Part shown: positions 52,101-64,000 of the stretch, piece after piece
How the letters are laid out: the number at the start of each line of letters is the position of its first letter
Position numbering within the stretch: position 1 is the first letter of the stretch
From: Lama glama
Taxonomy: Eukaryota
Length of the DNA: 64,000 nucleotides
Assembly (NCBI GenBank): GCA_028534125.1
Contig: CM052816.1
Span: 83,950,001 to 84,014,000, forward strand
Reading direction: 5' to 3'
Notes under the pieces: model-generated
Told to the model about the DNA's origin: nothing
Seen by the model: only the letters and a program-made list of their open reading frames with translations
Databases searched by the model: none
Translations under genes and position numbers: made by a program

Positions 52101-53299
52101 CTATCAATATTTCTTACAAAACTGTTAATGAAGGGCCTTATGAGCTATGATAAGGGGTTATGGTTTTTATCTCTCAAGCAATATCAGAATAGTGTAGGGT
52201 TCTATCTGGAGGAGACACAGGATTACATTTTATAATTTCTACTCTGTAGAGCAGAGAATAATTCGTCAGAAGGCAAAGAGAGACAGCAAAGAAACAATAT
52301 GTTTTCGAAGTTAAGAAAAGCGAAGATGGGGAATGCGTTAGCACAGTGGATGGAAGAACAAAGATGAGTGAATTCAAGAAATGTTTCAGCTGGGAAAATG
52401 GTGGCCGTGGTAGCTGTGGTGGTGAGTGCACTGGGCCGTCCCACTCCACCCCTGATCAGCAGGGATGATGCTGCCACTTTGTCTGTGGGCTGCCATCTGG
52501 CCATTGTCTTCATCAGAGGCTCAAAGACGGCAAAACCGGAGGTAGTGAGGTGGAAAGAATCTCCATCCTTTTCACTGCAGGTGCAGTCAACCATCCACCA
52601 AGGGTCTGGGGAGGTTTGGGTGTTAGGTGACAGGGTTTCTTAGTCCCTCTTCCCTGAGCAGCCCTCAAGTCTGGATATGGGTCAGTTTGGATGCACCATT
52701 AGCGGAGGAAGAATAATAACATTAGGCCCTAGAAATGACCCTCCCCACGTCTCCCTCCTTAAGGGATGCACTTTATTGCACACCCCAGCCACCTCCGTCC
52801 AGGTCTCCCCTTCCCCAGCCTGGCTTCCAGTCTGGATGAACTCAGCTGGGGTGTGACACTGCACCCACTAGCTAAGCTCCCGTGCACAAGCTCAGGGCAC
52901 CACATAAACGCAGAGCCTGGTTGCGGTTCTGCCTCCTACTTCTCTTGGCCCGGGACAAGCGTGTCCTTGCGGGGTGGTAGGACAGTGTATGGGAGGGGAG
53001 GGCACCGTGGTGATTATATGGTAGTGATTAAAAGAGGGAAGGACAGAGAGATGGTTATCTCAGAGAAGGAAGAAGGAGGCCAAAGAATAAAACAAAAATT
53101 TCATCACTAAAAGAAAGAAATGTATGAGGGTTTATTGCTGATGGGATTTCACAGTTGGTTTAGGATTCTAATGAACCAAATTAAAATGAGCTTGCTTTTG
53201 TCCTCAGAAACTGGGGGAATCAGATAGGAAGAGCAAGAAGTATATACACAGTTGAGAAATGGGTGAAGAGAGGTAAGAAGAGAAGCCCAGCTGTGGGCA

Positions 53300-53785
53300 T
53301 TGCATTAGTTCTCTATTGCCGCCAGGAAATTAATGACTTAAGACAGCACAAATGTGTGATCTCACACTTCCGTAGGTCAGAAGCCCTGGTTGATTCCACA
53401 TCTCACAAAGCCATGACCGGGATATCAGCCGGCTGGCCCTTTCACGGGAGCTGTTGGGAAGCAACTGTTTCCAAGCTCATTCAGGTTGTTGGTCCAATTC
53501 TAGTTCTTGTGGTTGTATGACTTTCGTCCCCATTTCCTCGGTGGCTGTCAGCCAGGGCTCAGTCTTTGCCTCTAGAAGCTGCCTGCATTCCTTCTCATGC
53601 TTTCTATATGACAGCCCTACAGCAATGAGATGTCAAATCCTACTCACCCATCCGGTGGCTTCAACAACCCCTCCTACCAAATCTTTGTGACTGACTCCTC
53701 TGTCTTCCTTTTCTGTTTTTAAGCATTCGTATGATTACCTTGGACTCACTCAGATAATCTAGGATAATCCTCCTATTTTAAAGTC
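53300..53785 (-). mobile_element. MLT1D/E-like LTR
   Basis: 'ttccaagctcattcaggttgttgg', 'ctctagaagctgcctgcattcctt', 'cagataatctaggataatcctcctattttaaagtc'. Confidence 0.8.
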
Positions 53786-54432
53786 TAGTGCAGGCTTTGA
53801 ACTCATTTCTTATCTATCAGTGCTCTATAGGAAGAGGAATAACCTTAACATAATCTTCTGAGCATGCAAAAGGTTAGCCTATTGGAAAAGATACTAATCT
53901 TACTTACCATCAGAAAGACAATGAAGAGTTCTTAGTAATAAAATCTTTTAGCAGCATGTTCCATGCCGACATTACTTATTGTAAAACAAAAATTGCAGCT
54001 TTTAAATTTATGGAAATGTATTTCCTGAAATGGCTCCTTCGAATGATCATTGTCTCTTTGTATATTGCCTATAAAGTACTTCATTTTTTAAGTCTAAAAC
54101 TAAGCACGTTCAAATATGGGAGCAAAGGGGCAATTTCAGGAGCTGCATTTGTGTTATCTGATCTCTTTCATAAAAGAATGGTTGATTTGTGCCTGATGTT
54201 TGTATCCATTCAGTAATTCATAAAAATTGATGCTGCATAAAAGATATGATTAATTTTATTATGACTTGACTATTCAGACCTTTTTTGTTATGTGTGTGTT
54301 TGTGATCACACAGAAAAGGTTTAGTTAGAAGAAAAGAAAAAAAAAACAGGGGAGGAAAAAACTCTTAAAGAACAGTCATAGAAAGAAGCATCCCTGAAGA
54401 ACTGGCTGGAGATGGAGAATATTATATAATAA

Positions 54433-54940
54433 TGTGATGGTTAATTTTATGGGTCAACTTGACTGAGCCCCGAGGTGCCCAGGTATTATAATATTATTCT
54501 GGGTATGTCTATGAGAAAGTCTTTGGTTGAGATAAATATTTACATCAATGTATTAAGTAACGCAGGCTGCTCTTCTTAATGTGGGTGGGCCTCACCTAAT
54601 CACTCGAAGCCCTGAATAGCACATCAAGACACAACCTCTTGTGACTAATAGGGAATTCCTCCCACCTGACTGACATTGAACTGGGGCATTAGTTTTTGTT
54701 TTCTTTTGTTTTGTTTTTTGCCTTTTGTTTTTCTTTTTTTGCCTTTTGGTTCTTTTTGGGTCTCAAGACTGCCAGCTTTCAGAGTGGAACTCCATCGCCT
54801 CCTCTTCCTGTTCTCAGGCTTTTGCATAAGCAGCATTCCTGGGTCTCCAGCTGGCCAACTGCCGATCTTGGGACATGTCAGCCTCCATAATCACGTGAGG
54901 CAATGCCTTATAATACTTCTCTCACTGTCTCTTTCTCCAC
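54433..54940 (+). mobile_element. MLT2 (ERVL) LTR with an internal T-rich expansion
   Basis: 'tgtgatggttaattttatgggtcaacttgactg', 'aatgtgggtgggcctcac', 'cagcctccataatcacgtgag'. Confidence 0.88.
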
Positions 54941-55494
54941 CTGGAAGCAAATGATTTGAAGCAAATGACTTGAAGGAAAAAGAGAAAAGAGAAACAAAAA
55001 TTTATTTTAAAATACAGTGCAAAACTAATACAAAATGTACAATGTTATCTAATATTTACTGAAATTATTTTTAGGTTTATAAATGATTGATTAGTAAATA
55101 CAGTTTGAAACCATGTATATAAAGAATGGTTTTCTGTGTTGTATCTTCTTTTATTTTTATCATCACAGAGTGCATATGTAAAATTGAGTCACATATCTGA
55201 AATGGAATAAAATTTTTTTTAAATGAGGAAAATTATGACTTCAAAAGTCAGAGAAATGAAGTTTATGTGAGAAATATGTTTAACTGGCTTTTTAAATTAA
55301 GAAATGATGCTATATAATATTGACTAACTTGCACCACTTAAATAAAAATAATAGTAACAAAAGAAATATATACTTTCTTTTCTGTGAAAGCACAACTATA
55401 TTAGAGAACCCAAAGAAAAGTAAAAAAAAAAAAAATCCTTCATCCACAGATGCTTCCAACCTACTAATAAAGCCAATTAAGCCCAGCAATCTTC

Positions 55495-55905
55495 TGTTCA
55501 GTTTTAAGTGAGTGCAATGAATTTTGCTAGGCACTTTGAATAATGTAAAATGGAGTGATATACTTTCTCTACCCTCCAGGAGCTCTCAATTTACTGGCAG
55601 GGTTGTGGGAGGATAATAATGCAAAGAAAACTCTAATGAGTAATGTAGTGAGACAAAGAAATTGCAACAGAACAAGGAAGGTGAATTTAATTCTGAGATG
55701 AACGGCTGAATGTGGAAACATCAAGGGACTACTCTTGTTCAGCATCTTGAAAAATAAGTTGGTATTTACTAGGCAGAGATTGGCATGGTGATATGGACAG
55801 AGGATGGATGCAAGTCTTCACAGGGAAGATGAATAGAATAGGGAAAAGAAATGGGAAAGCACATTCTGCAAACCAGGAATGACAGACCATCTACTGCAGC
55901 TTGGG
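55495..55905 (-). mobile_element. L2 fragment
   Basis: 'ctctaccctccaggagctctcaattta', 'gggaaagcacattctgca'. Confidence 0.55.
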
Positions 55906-55957
55906 CCAGGTGTGTGTGTGTGCGTGTGTGTGTGTGCGTGTGTACATAGCAGTGTAG

Positions 55958-56157
55958 CAGTGTTCTGGGTTTAGCAACTGTGGTTTGAAATTTTAAAAAT
56001 ATGAAGACCTGATTGGTCTTGTTTGCCAAGTTTTCTGGTATAAATGGCCACCATGGCTGATTTCAAGCCACCAAAGTTATGTCCTTGGATACAGAATTGG
56101 GGTGAGATGCACCCAGTTGACTCTATACATGCATGAACTGACCCCAGCTCACCACTG
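55958..56157 (-). mobile_element. MER63-like hAT-Blackjack MITE
   Basis: 'ccaccatggctgatttcaagccaccaa...gaattggggtgagatgc...ccagctcaccactg', with CAGTG...CACTG termini. Confidence 0.7.
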
Positions 56158-57399
56158 TGTTTTCATTTATGTGTGTACCTACTGCGTATGAAACAGGGAG
56201 AGAGAGGAAGCAGATGGAGGAATGGGGAAGGTATGACATTTAGGATTGGCATCAGGTACATGGAACACTGCTGAGAAGAAATACAAGTCCATTTTCTCTA
56301 TCACATAAAAAACTTTCTGTTGTAGTGGTTCCTGGAGGGACTCGGGGTACTTCTATCTCAATTCTCCTCTGTCTTTATAAGCCAACTTCAAAATATAAAA
56401 ATCTTCTCTTGGTCCAGGAAGGTTACTGGAGCCTTATCATCATGGCCACATCACAGGCTAGAAAATCAGGGAAGTTAAAAAACACGAAAAAAGAACAGAG
56501 GTGTTGTTTCTTACAAAGAGAATTTTTAGAAGTCCCATCCACACCTCTATTTCCACCACATAGTCCAAATCTTAGTCACACTGAGTATATAAATATAAAA
56601 GAGATTCTGGATTGAATATTATGGGTTAGAAAATTGTAGCCTTAAATAAAAACCTTTAAAGAAGAGATATAAAGAAGATCTACATGTGATATGTGAGGGC
56701 AAATTTCAGTCTCTGCCGCCAGGTATTATGGTAGAAAAATGAATGAGAAAGCATGCCTTGGTCAGAACTAAACACCAGCACAGGGTATTAATATTATTCT
56801 ATACATGTAACTAGAGGATCTTCACCTTCATTCCACTTTATGACACTACTCACCACTAGTGGAAAGGATATTTGATTAGTGACACAGACTTTGTTAGCTG
56901 AAATAAATATTCCATTTCCTTACAGGATGGCATCAGCAAGAAGACAATGTGATTGTACATTCTGAAGACTGTAACAAATCTAACGTCAGCGCTAGTCGAT
57001 CACACTGTGATTTTGTTTTTTGCCCTGCCCAAATGAAACCAAGAAATAATGTCCAAGATAGAAAGACTGCTCCACTGTTTTAGGAGAGAACTTGGTTCCT
57101 GGCAGGGTGGTTTAAAGGCAGAAAGGGTTGTGGAGACTGTGGAAGTGAAGGGAAGGAGGACGAGAAGGGTAAACAACCAGAAGGAAAGATGGCGCTTTCC
57201 AACTGGGTGACAGTGGAAAGAAATCCCAGGTGTACTTGTGATGATATAACAGTAAAAATCATTTTATTTCCAGTTAAAATTTTCCTCAAAGTACCTATGA
57301 CTTTGTTGTGACAAGTGAGCTCTTACATATTCAGCCTGAAGTCATTAAAGGTGTTTGAGGAAAATAGAAACAAACAAACAAAAAAGCAAAGTTTAGTTT

Positions 57400-57970
57400 C
57401 TGCTTAGGAGACTTATTCTGGTGGCACGCTGTAATACATACATTTTGAATAAGTTAGACACTGGAGGCAAGAGGATTGATAAAGAATAAAATCCAACAAT
57501 TCAGGAAGGAAATAATGAGCTCCAAATGAAGGCAACAGTATTACTGCAAAGGGAAGGATGAAAAAAATCTTGTCAATGTGCATCACTAGGATTTGCAAGT
57601 AATCGCCTGTGGAAATTTGAAGAAAATAGATGTAAACTTTCCTGGGTAGGTCACTGTTAAATACAGGGTTGCTTAACAAGATGGAGAATGCATTAGAAAG
57701 AAAATATTTGTGGAAGGAAGAGGTATGATCAAATTGAGTAATATTTATATCTAAGTATGTGCTAAATATCCAAATATAGATATTCTGTAATTTATAAATA
57801 CAGATATGAAGCTAAAGTTGGAAATACAGATATTTTAAAAAATATCTGCTGGAAGTCAATGCCGAAGAAAAATATGTGGCAGAAACGAAGAGAAAGAACT
57901 AAGACTGGAATTTGAAGAAATCTTCCTTAGAAAGATAAACAGAGAAAGGGGAGCGGCAGAGAGATGAGAA
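57400..57970 (-). mobile_element. L2 fragment
   Basis: 'gacactggaggcaagagga', 'aatgaaggcaacagt', 'gttggaaatacagatattt'. Confidence 0.55.
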
Positions 57971-58544
57971 AGAGATACTGACACAGTTATAGGAACAATT
58001 CATCTGTGTAAACTATTGCATTTTGAATGATCTTCTAATCCATACCTTTCTCTCAGAAGAAAATTGTAGGCACATATAAGAAATACATTAATGATGATTC
58101 AACTTGTCGGGGCTCTTGATTGCATGCCTCAGAAGATGATTCTGACTATGTTACAGGGACAATCAGAGGTTGAGTGGAAGGACTGGAGACTGGAGGCCAG
58201 GTGCTAAGAGCACTGAATACCTGGTCTTCACCAACAAGGGCAAAATGAAGTGCCTATGTGGTGGCCTGCACAGAGCTAGCCTCTGTAACGGCTTTTCTTC
58301 CTACCCTTCCACGTCCTCGTGTCAGAAGTACCAGAAAAGGGAGCTGTTGCCCATCTCTATAGCACATGCCTGCCCTGGGACTGTGCTCAGAGAAGGAGCT
58401 GGAAACACTGGCTCCCTGTGGATCTGAAGGCAGCACTCCCTCCCTTGTTGCTACACACAGTGAGGAATTTCACAAAAGGGAGGTGAGGGAGATGGTAGTG
58501 AGAGGTGGGTCTTCAGGGACACTCTGAATGTTTATGACATGCTG

Positions 58545-58790
58545 AAGGTTTATATTGTGCCACACACCGAGCTAAAGGATTAACAGGCATGTTCTGAGAT
58601 AATTATCACATCTTCTGTGGCTTGACTATTCTCAGTGTGCAGAATATGACACTAAAGTTTAGAGAGATTAAATACTCTAAGGTCACACAATTTACAGATG
58701 AAGCAAGAATGAAAACTCCGCAAGTTTGGCTCCATTTATGAATCTGACGAGATTCAGGGCTCTCATCCTTGAATACTTCTCTGTATTATT
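58545..58790 (-). mobile_element. MIR
   Basis: 'gacactaaagtttagagagattaaatactctaaggtcacacaatt'. Confidence 0.6.
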
Positions 58791-59189
58791 AACCTGCCTC
58801 AGATAATTCAGCTAATTAGTGACTGAATTAAAATTGAAAATGGTTAACTACTCTCAGTATCAGGGGGTATATAATAAAATATTCTTTTTCAAGGACTTGG
58901 AAATAACAGGAATAAGAATTAGAGCTCAGATGAAAATTATGAATTGAATATATAATAAATGAGGGTGTGAATAGGTAGCAGGATATTAAGTGTAATGTCT
59001 CTATTGTTTCCAAATTTTGATTGAGACCCTCAAGATTAAAAATATAATGGTATTACAAGGTCAGGTGATAGTCATGTCTGTCACTCAACTCAAGAGTACA
59101 TGAGAGGAAGTAAGAATATTGATCAAAAATTTTAAATATTAGGCATTTATTTGGAAAAGATCAGTTGAATGCTAACCATTTTTATGCTC

Positions 59190-60095
59190 TCCTTTTTGTC
59201 AGGAAGTGTGAATGCCAGCTTCCTTCCTCCTCACCTCCAACCAAGAAAGGGGTGACTTAAAGAGGTCATTGGAAAACATGACCTGTGCCTACTGGAGATT
59301 GTGGGGTACAGAGATTGGTGCCAGACCCTTTATTGGACCATTCTACAAGTGAGGGACTTAATGTGGTCACCCATGATGACAGAATACAGAGAGAGCAACC
59401 TGACCGTCCAGAATTTGATGAGTCTTGTCTAGATGCAGATGGACTTCGTGGAAGGTAGCTCAGTTTGATTTACCTTGAAAATACTCCCACCCAAGTGAAC
59501 CGAGAGCCAGTGTGAATCACCATCTCAAAAAGACTACTGGGCAGTGTTTGGGAAGGTGATCAGTAAGAACCTGAGCCCCTTGTACCGGAAAGAAATACAG
59601 TGGAAAGTTGTCAATTCAAATTCTCAAGAATTCAGAAATTCACAGAACAGTCCCATGAAGCAGAGCAATAAAGAAGCCTCCAAGATCTGATAGGAACCTG
59701 TTACCATTCCAGGATCTGAAGGCTAAAAGTAAAAGAGGAGAAAGAATAAAAGTGAAAATGGGATAAATATGCTAATCCTGTCACGCCCCCCCCCAAACTG
59801 CAGGCATTAAACTAAGTCCCAGTGGAATTATGTTAGTGGTGGGGAGGCGGGGTGGGGGGGACTGAAGGAACAATTGAAGCTCTAATATTAAACTTGATTG
59901 TGCTTTTTAATTTCTGAGAATGATACGGTGTGTCAATAAATGAAGGTGAGCTGGAAAATTAAGGGTTATGCCTGAGCTCTTGAGTCAGGGAAGATTATTT
60001 GACAGAGCAACTTAAAAGAAGAGTGAGAATAATAAAAATTAAAGTTGACTTTTGCTGGCTTACTACTGATGCTGATTCAGTAAATCAGCTTTACA
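59190..60095 (+). mobile_element. Ancient LTR (LTR78-like)
   Basis: 3' part 'gacagagcaacttaaaagaagagtgagaataataaaaattaaagttg...ttaca'. Recalled similarity only. Confidence 0.45.
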
Positions 60096-60329
60096 CACAG
60101 AAGATCATCTGGAAAAGACAAAGTGGTTCTCAGTCTGTGAAATATGACTACAAATGAGTTGAATTTATAAACATATCCAAAGAAAGAACAGCCCAACAGT
60201 GGGCAATAAACACAGACATCCATGGAAGAAAACATTGATAAATGGCGCTATTAGGCCTAAGAAGTTGAAAGAGAGAAACAGGGGAGGAGTAGAATAATTA
60301 AGCAAATAATTAAATAGAAAAATGATTCT

Positions 60330-60810
60330 AATGATCTCTCAGTATTATTAAATGCTATCACGTGGGAGGTACTCTGCTAAAGAAATATGATGGAGTAACT
60401 CACTTTAATCCTCTCAAAAGTAACACAAAGTAATTGTTATTTCCGTTGTACAAAAAAAGGAACTGAGTCACAGATTGGTGAGACAACTGGCCCAAGGTCA
60501 TAGCTAGTTAATGTCATCAGAGCAGCAATACAAAACTGTAGTAATTAAACATTCAATTGTTGGAACAAACTACAAGTGTATCAGGTCTTAAGAGGACAGG
60601 ATAGAGACATTGAATTTGACTAAAAAAGGATTTAGTTTGGCCTTTTGGCCAACTGTGTTAAATCAAGCTAACCTAATTTTTCATTTCACTGAGTCTGTTG
60701 CAAATTAAGTCTGATCTCATTAATGTTGTCTAAGTTGAATGCTTTTGGGGGAAAAAAATAACTCTATTAGGCCTTAAAGACACAATTAGTGAAATATATT
60801 AGATGTGATT
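60330..60810. mobile_element. Two MIR fragments (minus strand about 60330-60530, plus strand about 60590-60810)
   Basis: 'ggaactgagtcacagattggtgagacaactggcccaaggtcatagctagt' and 'ccaactgtgttaaatcaagctaacctaa'. Confidence 0.6.
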
Positions 60811-60974
60811 ATAATGTGACGGATTATTTTTATAAGCATAGCAAGCTTACAGACTCAGATGAACACTGAACTTTACACTACTCACTTTGAGAGAAAAGGC
60901 CACATTGTAATGGAGTTTCTCTGTTGAAAACTTTTTGTTCCTTCTTATTTTGAATTATTTAGCTCAGAGAAGTT

Positions 60975-62868
60975 TTCAAGGCATATCTGAATAAAAAGGG
61001 GAGTGTAATTACACAAGGCTGTAAAGACCAGGAGGCGGGAAAATTGAGGACCTACCACAGTCTGCCCGCTGGACCCCATGATTCACGTCTGTCCCACGTG
61101 CAAAATACACTCACCCCCTTGGGAGGTTTTCAAATAGATTCTGCTTAAAATCCAGAATCTTGTTTTCTATCTCAGGTTCTGTTGTGAATCAAGCTCCCTG
61201 ATTTCTTAAGTGCTTCTTGAATACTTGATCTCTACCTGTGAAAGCACAGAGACAAGTTATCTGCCTTCTCACACGCTCAATAAAAAATGGTGGGGTAGTC
61301 ACATGATAACTGTTATAAACATTCTTGTTTAAACAATGGAAACAATTGGGGAGACAAAGGAGTCACTGGACTGTACCAATTCTGCACATCAGTTAGGCAA
61401 ATGTTGGAAGTTTCTTGAATAGGTTGCAAGTCTCTGGAATCATTCTCCATTGTTTTCCTGTCACCCTTTGGAATCTTAGTCCTGGCCTCTGAGTTGTGGT
61501 TCCTTTTCTCTTATTCCTTTAGCTTGTGTTTGCTGCTGAACTGCAATTTCAGCCCACTTCCTGCCAGTAAAATTCAGGGAATCCAAAGGACTCTTTTTAT
61601 TCTTTGCTATTTCTGCCTCCCTCAGTAAATGCTGGCGGTGTTTCTGCACGTGTAACTCTTAAGAAATTGGTGGCTCTTCTGTGAATCTTCCTGAGGACTG
61701 CTGAATTAGACAAAAGCCTCAACTGTGGATCTTTTCCACAAAAACCTCTCTCTGCTTTGACCTTCTGTTGAGAGACAACACCCTTATTCTTCTTAGCAGC
61801 CCTGCTGAGAGGATCTATGATGCATACCTTTAAAATCTTTAGAGAAGGTTTTGTCTTTGGCTTCATCTTTAGACCATGTTTTTCTTGCAGTGCTCTGGAT
61901 TTGAACTTTGCTTGAAAGTCACTTCTTTATTTTAACATGAAATACTCTCTGAAGAAGCTGAAGATACTCAAAACTATTGAATGTGACTCCTTTTTATTTA
62001 GTAGCTCTTTCTTCAATTTAGCTATCTCACATTTTACCATGAGAAGCAAGAAGTCAGGTGGCATCTTCAAGACTTCAGTTAAAATATTAGATAGATACAC
62101 CCAGTTCATTAGGTGCATTTGCTGGTCTCCTTTTACATGTTATTCCACTGCATAACAAGAATCTCCTTTCCTTCAGTTTTAATAAGATATGTGTCACTGT
62201 TCTTTAAGCCCTCACAAGCAACTTTTTCAAGTCTAAAATTCCATAGCTTGTCCTAAACATTTTGACTTTTTACAATTTCCTGAAAGCTATTGCTCAGTCT
62301 CTAAACCACTTCCATAGCTTAGGTGTTTTTTACAGCTACTTATTCATACCAAAATCTGTATTAGTTATTTGTCATTACATATAACAAATTACCAGAAAAC
62401 CTTTGATGTCTTATAGTTTCTGTGAGATAGGGTCAAAAATCTAGGTGCATCTTGGCTGGGTACCTTTGCCATAGTTCTCTCATGAGGTTACAGGCAAATT
62501 GTTGCCTAAGGCTGTGGTTTCATCTGGAGATTCAATTGCAGAGTTGGCTGTTGCTCTGAGTTATGTGTTATGAATGGCTGTTGATCATTCGTGTGGTTTT
62601 GGAAGGCCTTGTTCCCTTGCCACATGGGATTCTTGACGTGGGTGCCTCATGACATGGAATCTGACTTCTCGTAGGGTAAACAAGCTATGAAACAGCAAGG
62701 AAAAGAGTGTCCAAGGACACTATTGTATGCCCAAGATAGAAGCCACAGTCTAATTTTGAAGTGATATCCCATCCTTTCTGCCATATTCTGTATGTTAAAA
62801 GTAATAAGTCTATTTAACATTCAATGAAAGAGAAAGGATTCAAGGCTTCCTTGGATGTTGGTTACCAT
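60975..62868 (-). mobile_element. MaLR (MLT1F-like) provirus remnant: partial 3' LTR (to 61059), internal region (61060-62356), 5' LTR (62357-62868)
   Basis: LTR end 'cctaccaca|gtctgccc', MLT-int motifs 'cccacgtgcaaaatacactcacccc', junction 'taccaaaatc|tgtattagtt', LTR motifs 'tctctcatgaggttacag' and 'ttctgccatattctgtatgttaaaagt'. Confidence 0.8.
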
Positions 62869-63514
62869 TCCAACTCTTTCACCTAATTAGTTCACTTGTA
62901 CTTCACATGTGGGAAACATATCCTGAATCACTTGAAGTGATGTAGTTCTTAAACACTGGGGCTTCTTTCTAACAACAGCCACGTAACAACTCTAGTTTAC
63001 AGCATAAATTTATACCATAAACAAGTCACCAACATGCTTTACCAAAATGGAAAAAAACAAGTGGAAAATTCAAAACCAATTTATAAGAATTTTTGGCAGC
63101 ATGTTATGTCAAATGTAATTTTTATGATGGAAAATTTTAATGTCAACTATGTTGGGTTCTTTTAAGAATTAAATGAGCTAACTGATACAAAGAACATATT
63201 ACAATGCCCTTCAAATATTAGTGCTTAATACTAACAATAACTATTATTATAATTGTTATTATCATTATTATTGAATAAATATACACAGTTTTTAGAAATA
63301 TAAGAAGTCTTATTAAAACAATTGTTAAATGAATAGGTTTAGTCTTATAGATTTTTCTTTTTTTTCTGCAACTGAGGGCTACAAAACACATAATAGATCA
63401 TACTTGAACAGATATTGCCTTCTGCAATTTAGGACCAAAAATTATCTATGGCTTATGCCTGTATTCTTCAAAAACAACTAAAGAACACTTTGCTCCCACC
63501 TGGAGACCTCATAA

Positions 63515-64000
63515 CTCAGTTTTAAAAACAATTATTGAAACATAACAAGCATAGTGTAAATATAAACAGCATGCATTGGAAATATACAGCTTGCTGAATT
63601 TTCACAAACTACTGATGTAAGTAAGTATACACATTTAGAAATATTATCAGTAATCCAGAAGTCCTTGAGCTCCTTTCTAGTCTCCACACCCTGACTAGGA
63701 TAACCACAATTCTGATTTCTTAAACCATAGACCTGTTTTGCCTACTTTTGAACTGTATACAAACTTATACACTTTAGTGTTTGAATTATTTTGCCCTGTT
63801 ATATTTGTTAGATCTATCCATACTGTTGTCTACATGTATAGACCATTCCTTTTCAATGCTGCATAATATTCCACTATGTAATCATAACATACATATCCAT
63901 TCTGTCGTTGACTGGAATTTATTTTCATTTTTTGACTATTAGAATGTTGTGATGAATGTTTTTATGAATACTTTTTTGCTAAACAAACACAGTTTGGGGA
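63515..64000 (-). mobile_element. Old L1 3' UTR, antisense (runs off the window)
   Basis: 'ataaccacaattctgatttcttaaaccatagacctgttttgcctacttttgaact', 'atccattctgtcgttgactggaattt'. Confidence 0.8.

Noticed and set aside
52174..53110. Cluster of overlapping 91-123 aa ORFs on both strands
   Set aside because: No recognisable protein similarity. Explained by locally higher GC lowering stop-codon frequency.
54943..54975. 14-bp tandem duplication (gaagcaaatga[t/c]tt x2) at the end of the MLT2
   Set aside because: Ordinary slippage-scale duplication with no further structure.
59838..59860. G-rich run (possible G-quadruplex)
   Set aside because: Short, inside an old LTR-like element, and without functional context.
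1..64000. CRISPR array, operon or prokaryotic-type defence system
   Set aside because: The sequence is mammalian repeat-rich DNA with no regularly spaced repeat-spacer array and no gene-dense ORFs.

Overview
Mammalian, AT-rich, non-coding genomic DNA (intergenic or deep intron), most likely camelid (alpaca/llama/camel), judged from a Vic-1-like tRNA-derived SINE and a young artiodactyl-type L1 3' end. I find no supportable protein-coding gene, RNA gene or CRISPR array. The ORF track hits are short chance ORFs, TE-derived, or read through a 500-N gap (18965-19464). A large part of the window is recognisable transposon debris: L1, L2, MIR, MaLR/MLT1, MLT2, ERV1/ERVL solo LTRs and hAT DNA transposons. 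Family names are from recalled consensus similarity, not a database search. The most notable structures are: (1) two same-family ERV1-type solo LTRs in inverted, head-to-head orientation 484 bp apart, about 97% identical over 369 bp, inside a nested LTR cluster at 26.8-29.6 kb; (2) a perfect 85-bp dispersed duplication (36100/37617) with a 9-bp direct repeat flanking the first copy; (3) a young L1 with a 13-nt insert between two poly(A) tracts; (4) a SINE lacking its anticodon hairpin; (5) a MaLR provirus remnant with LTR-internal-LTR structure. I do not see evidence for a new multi-gene biological system.
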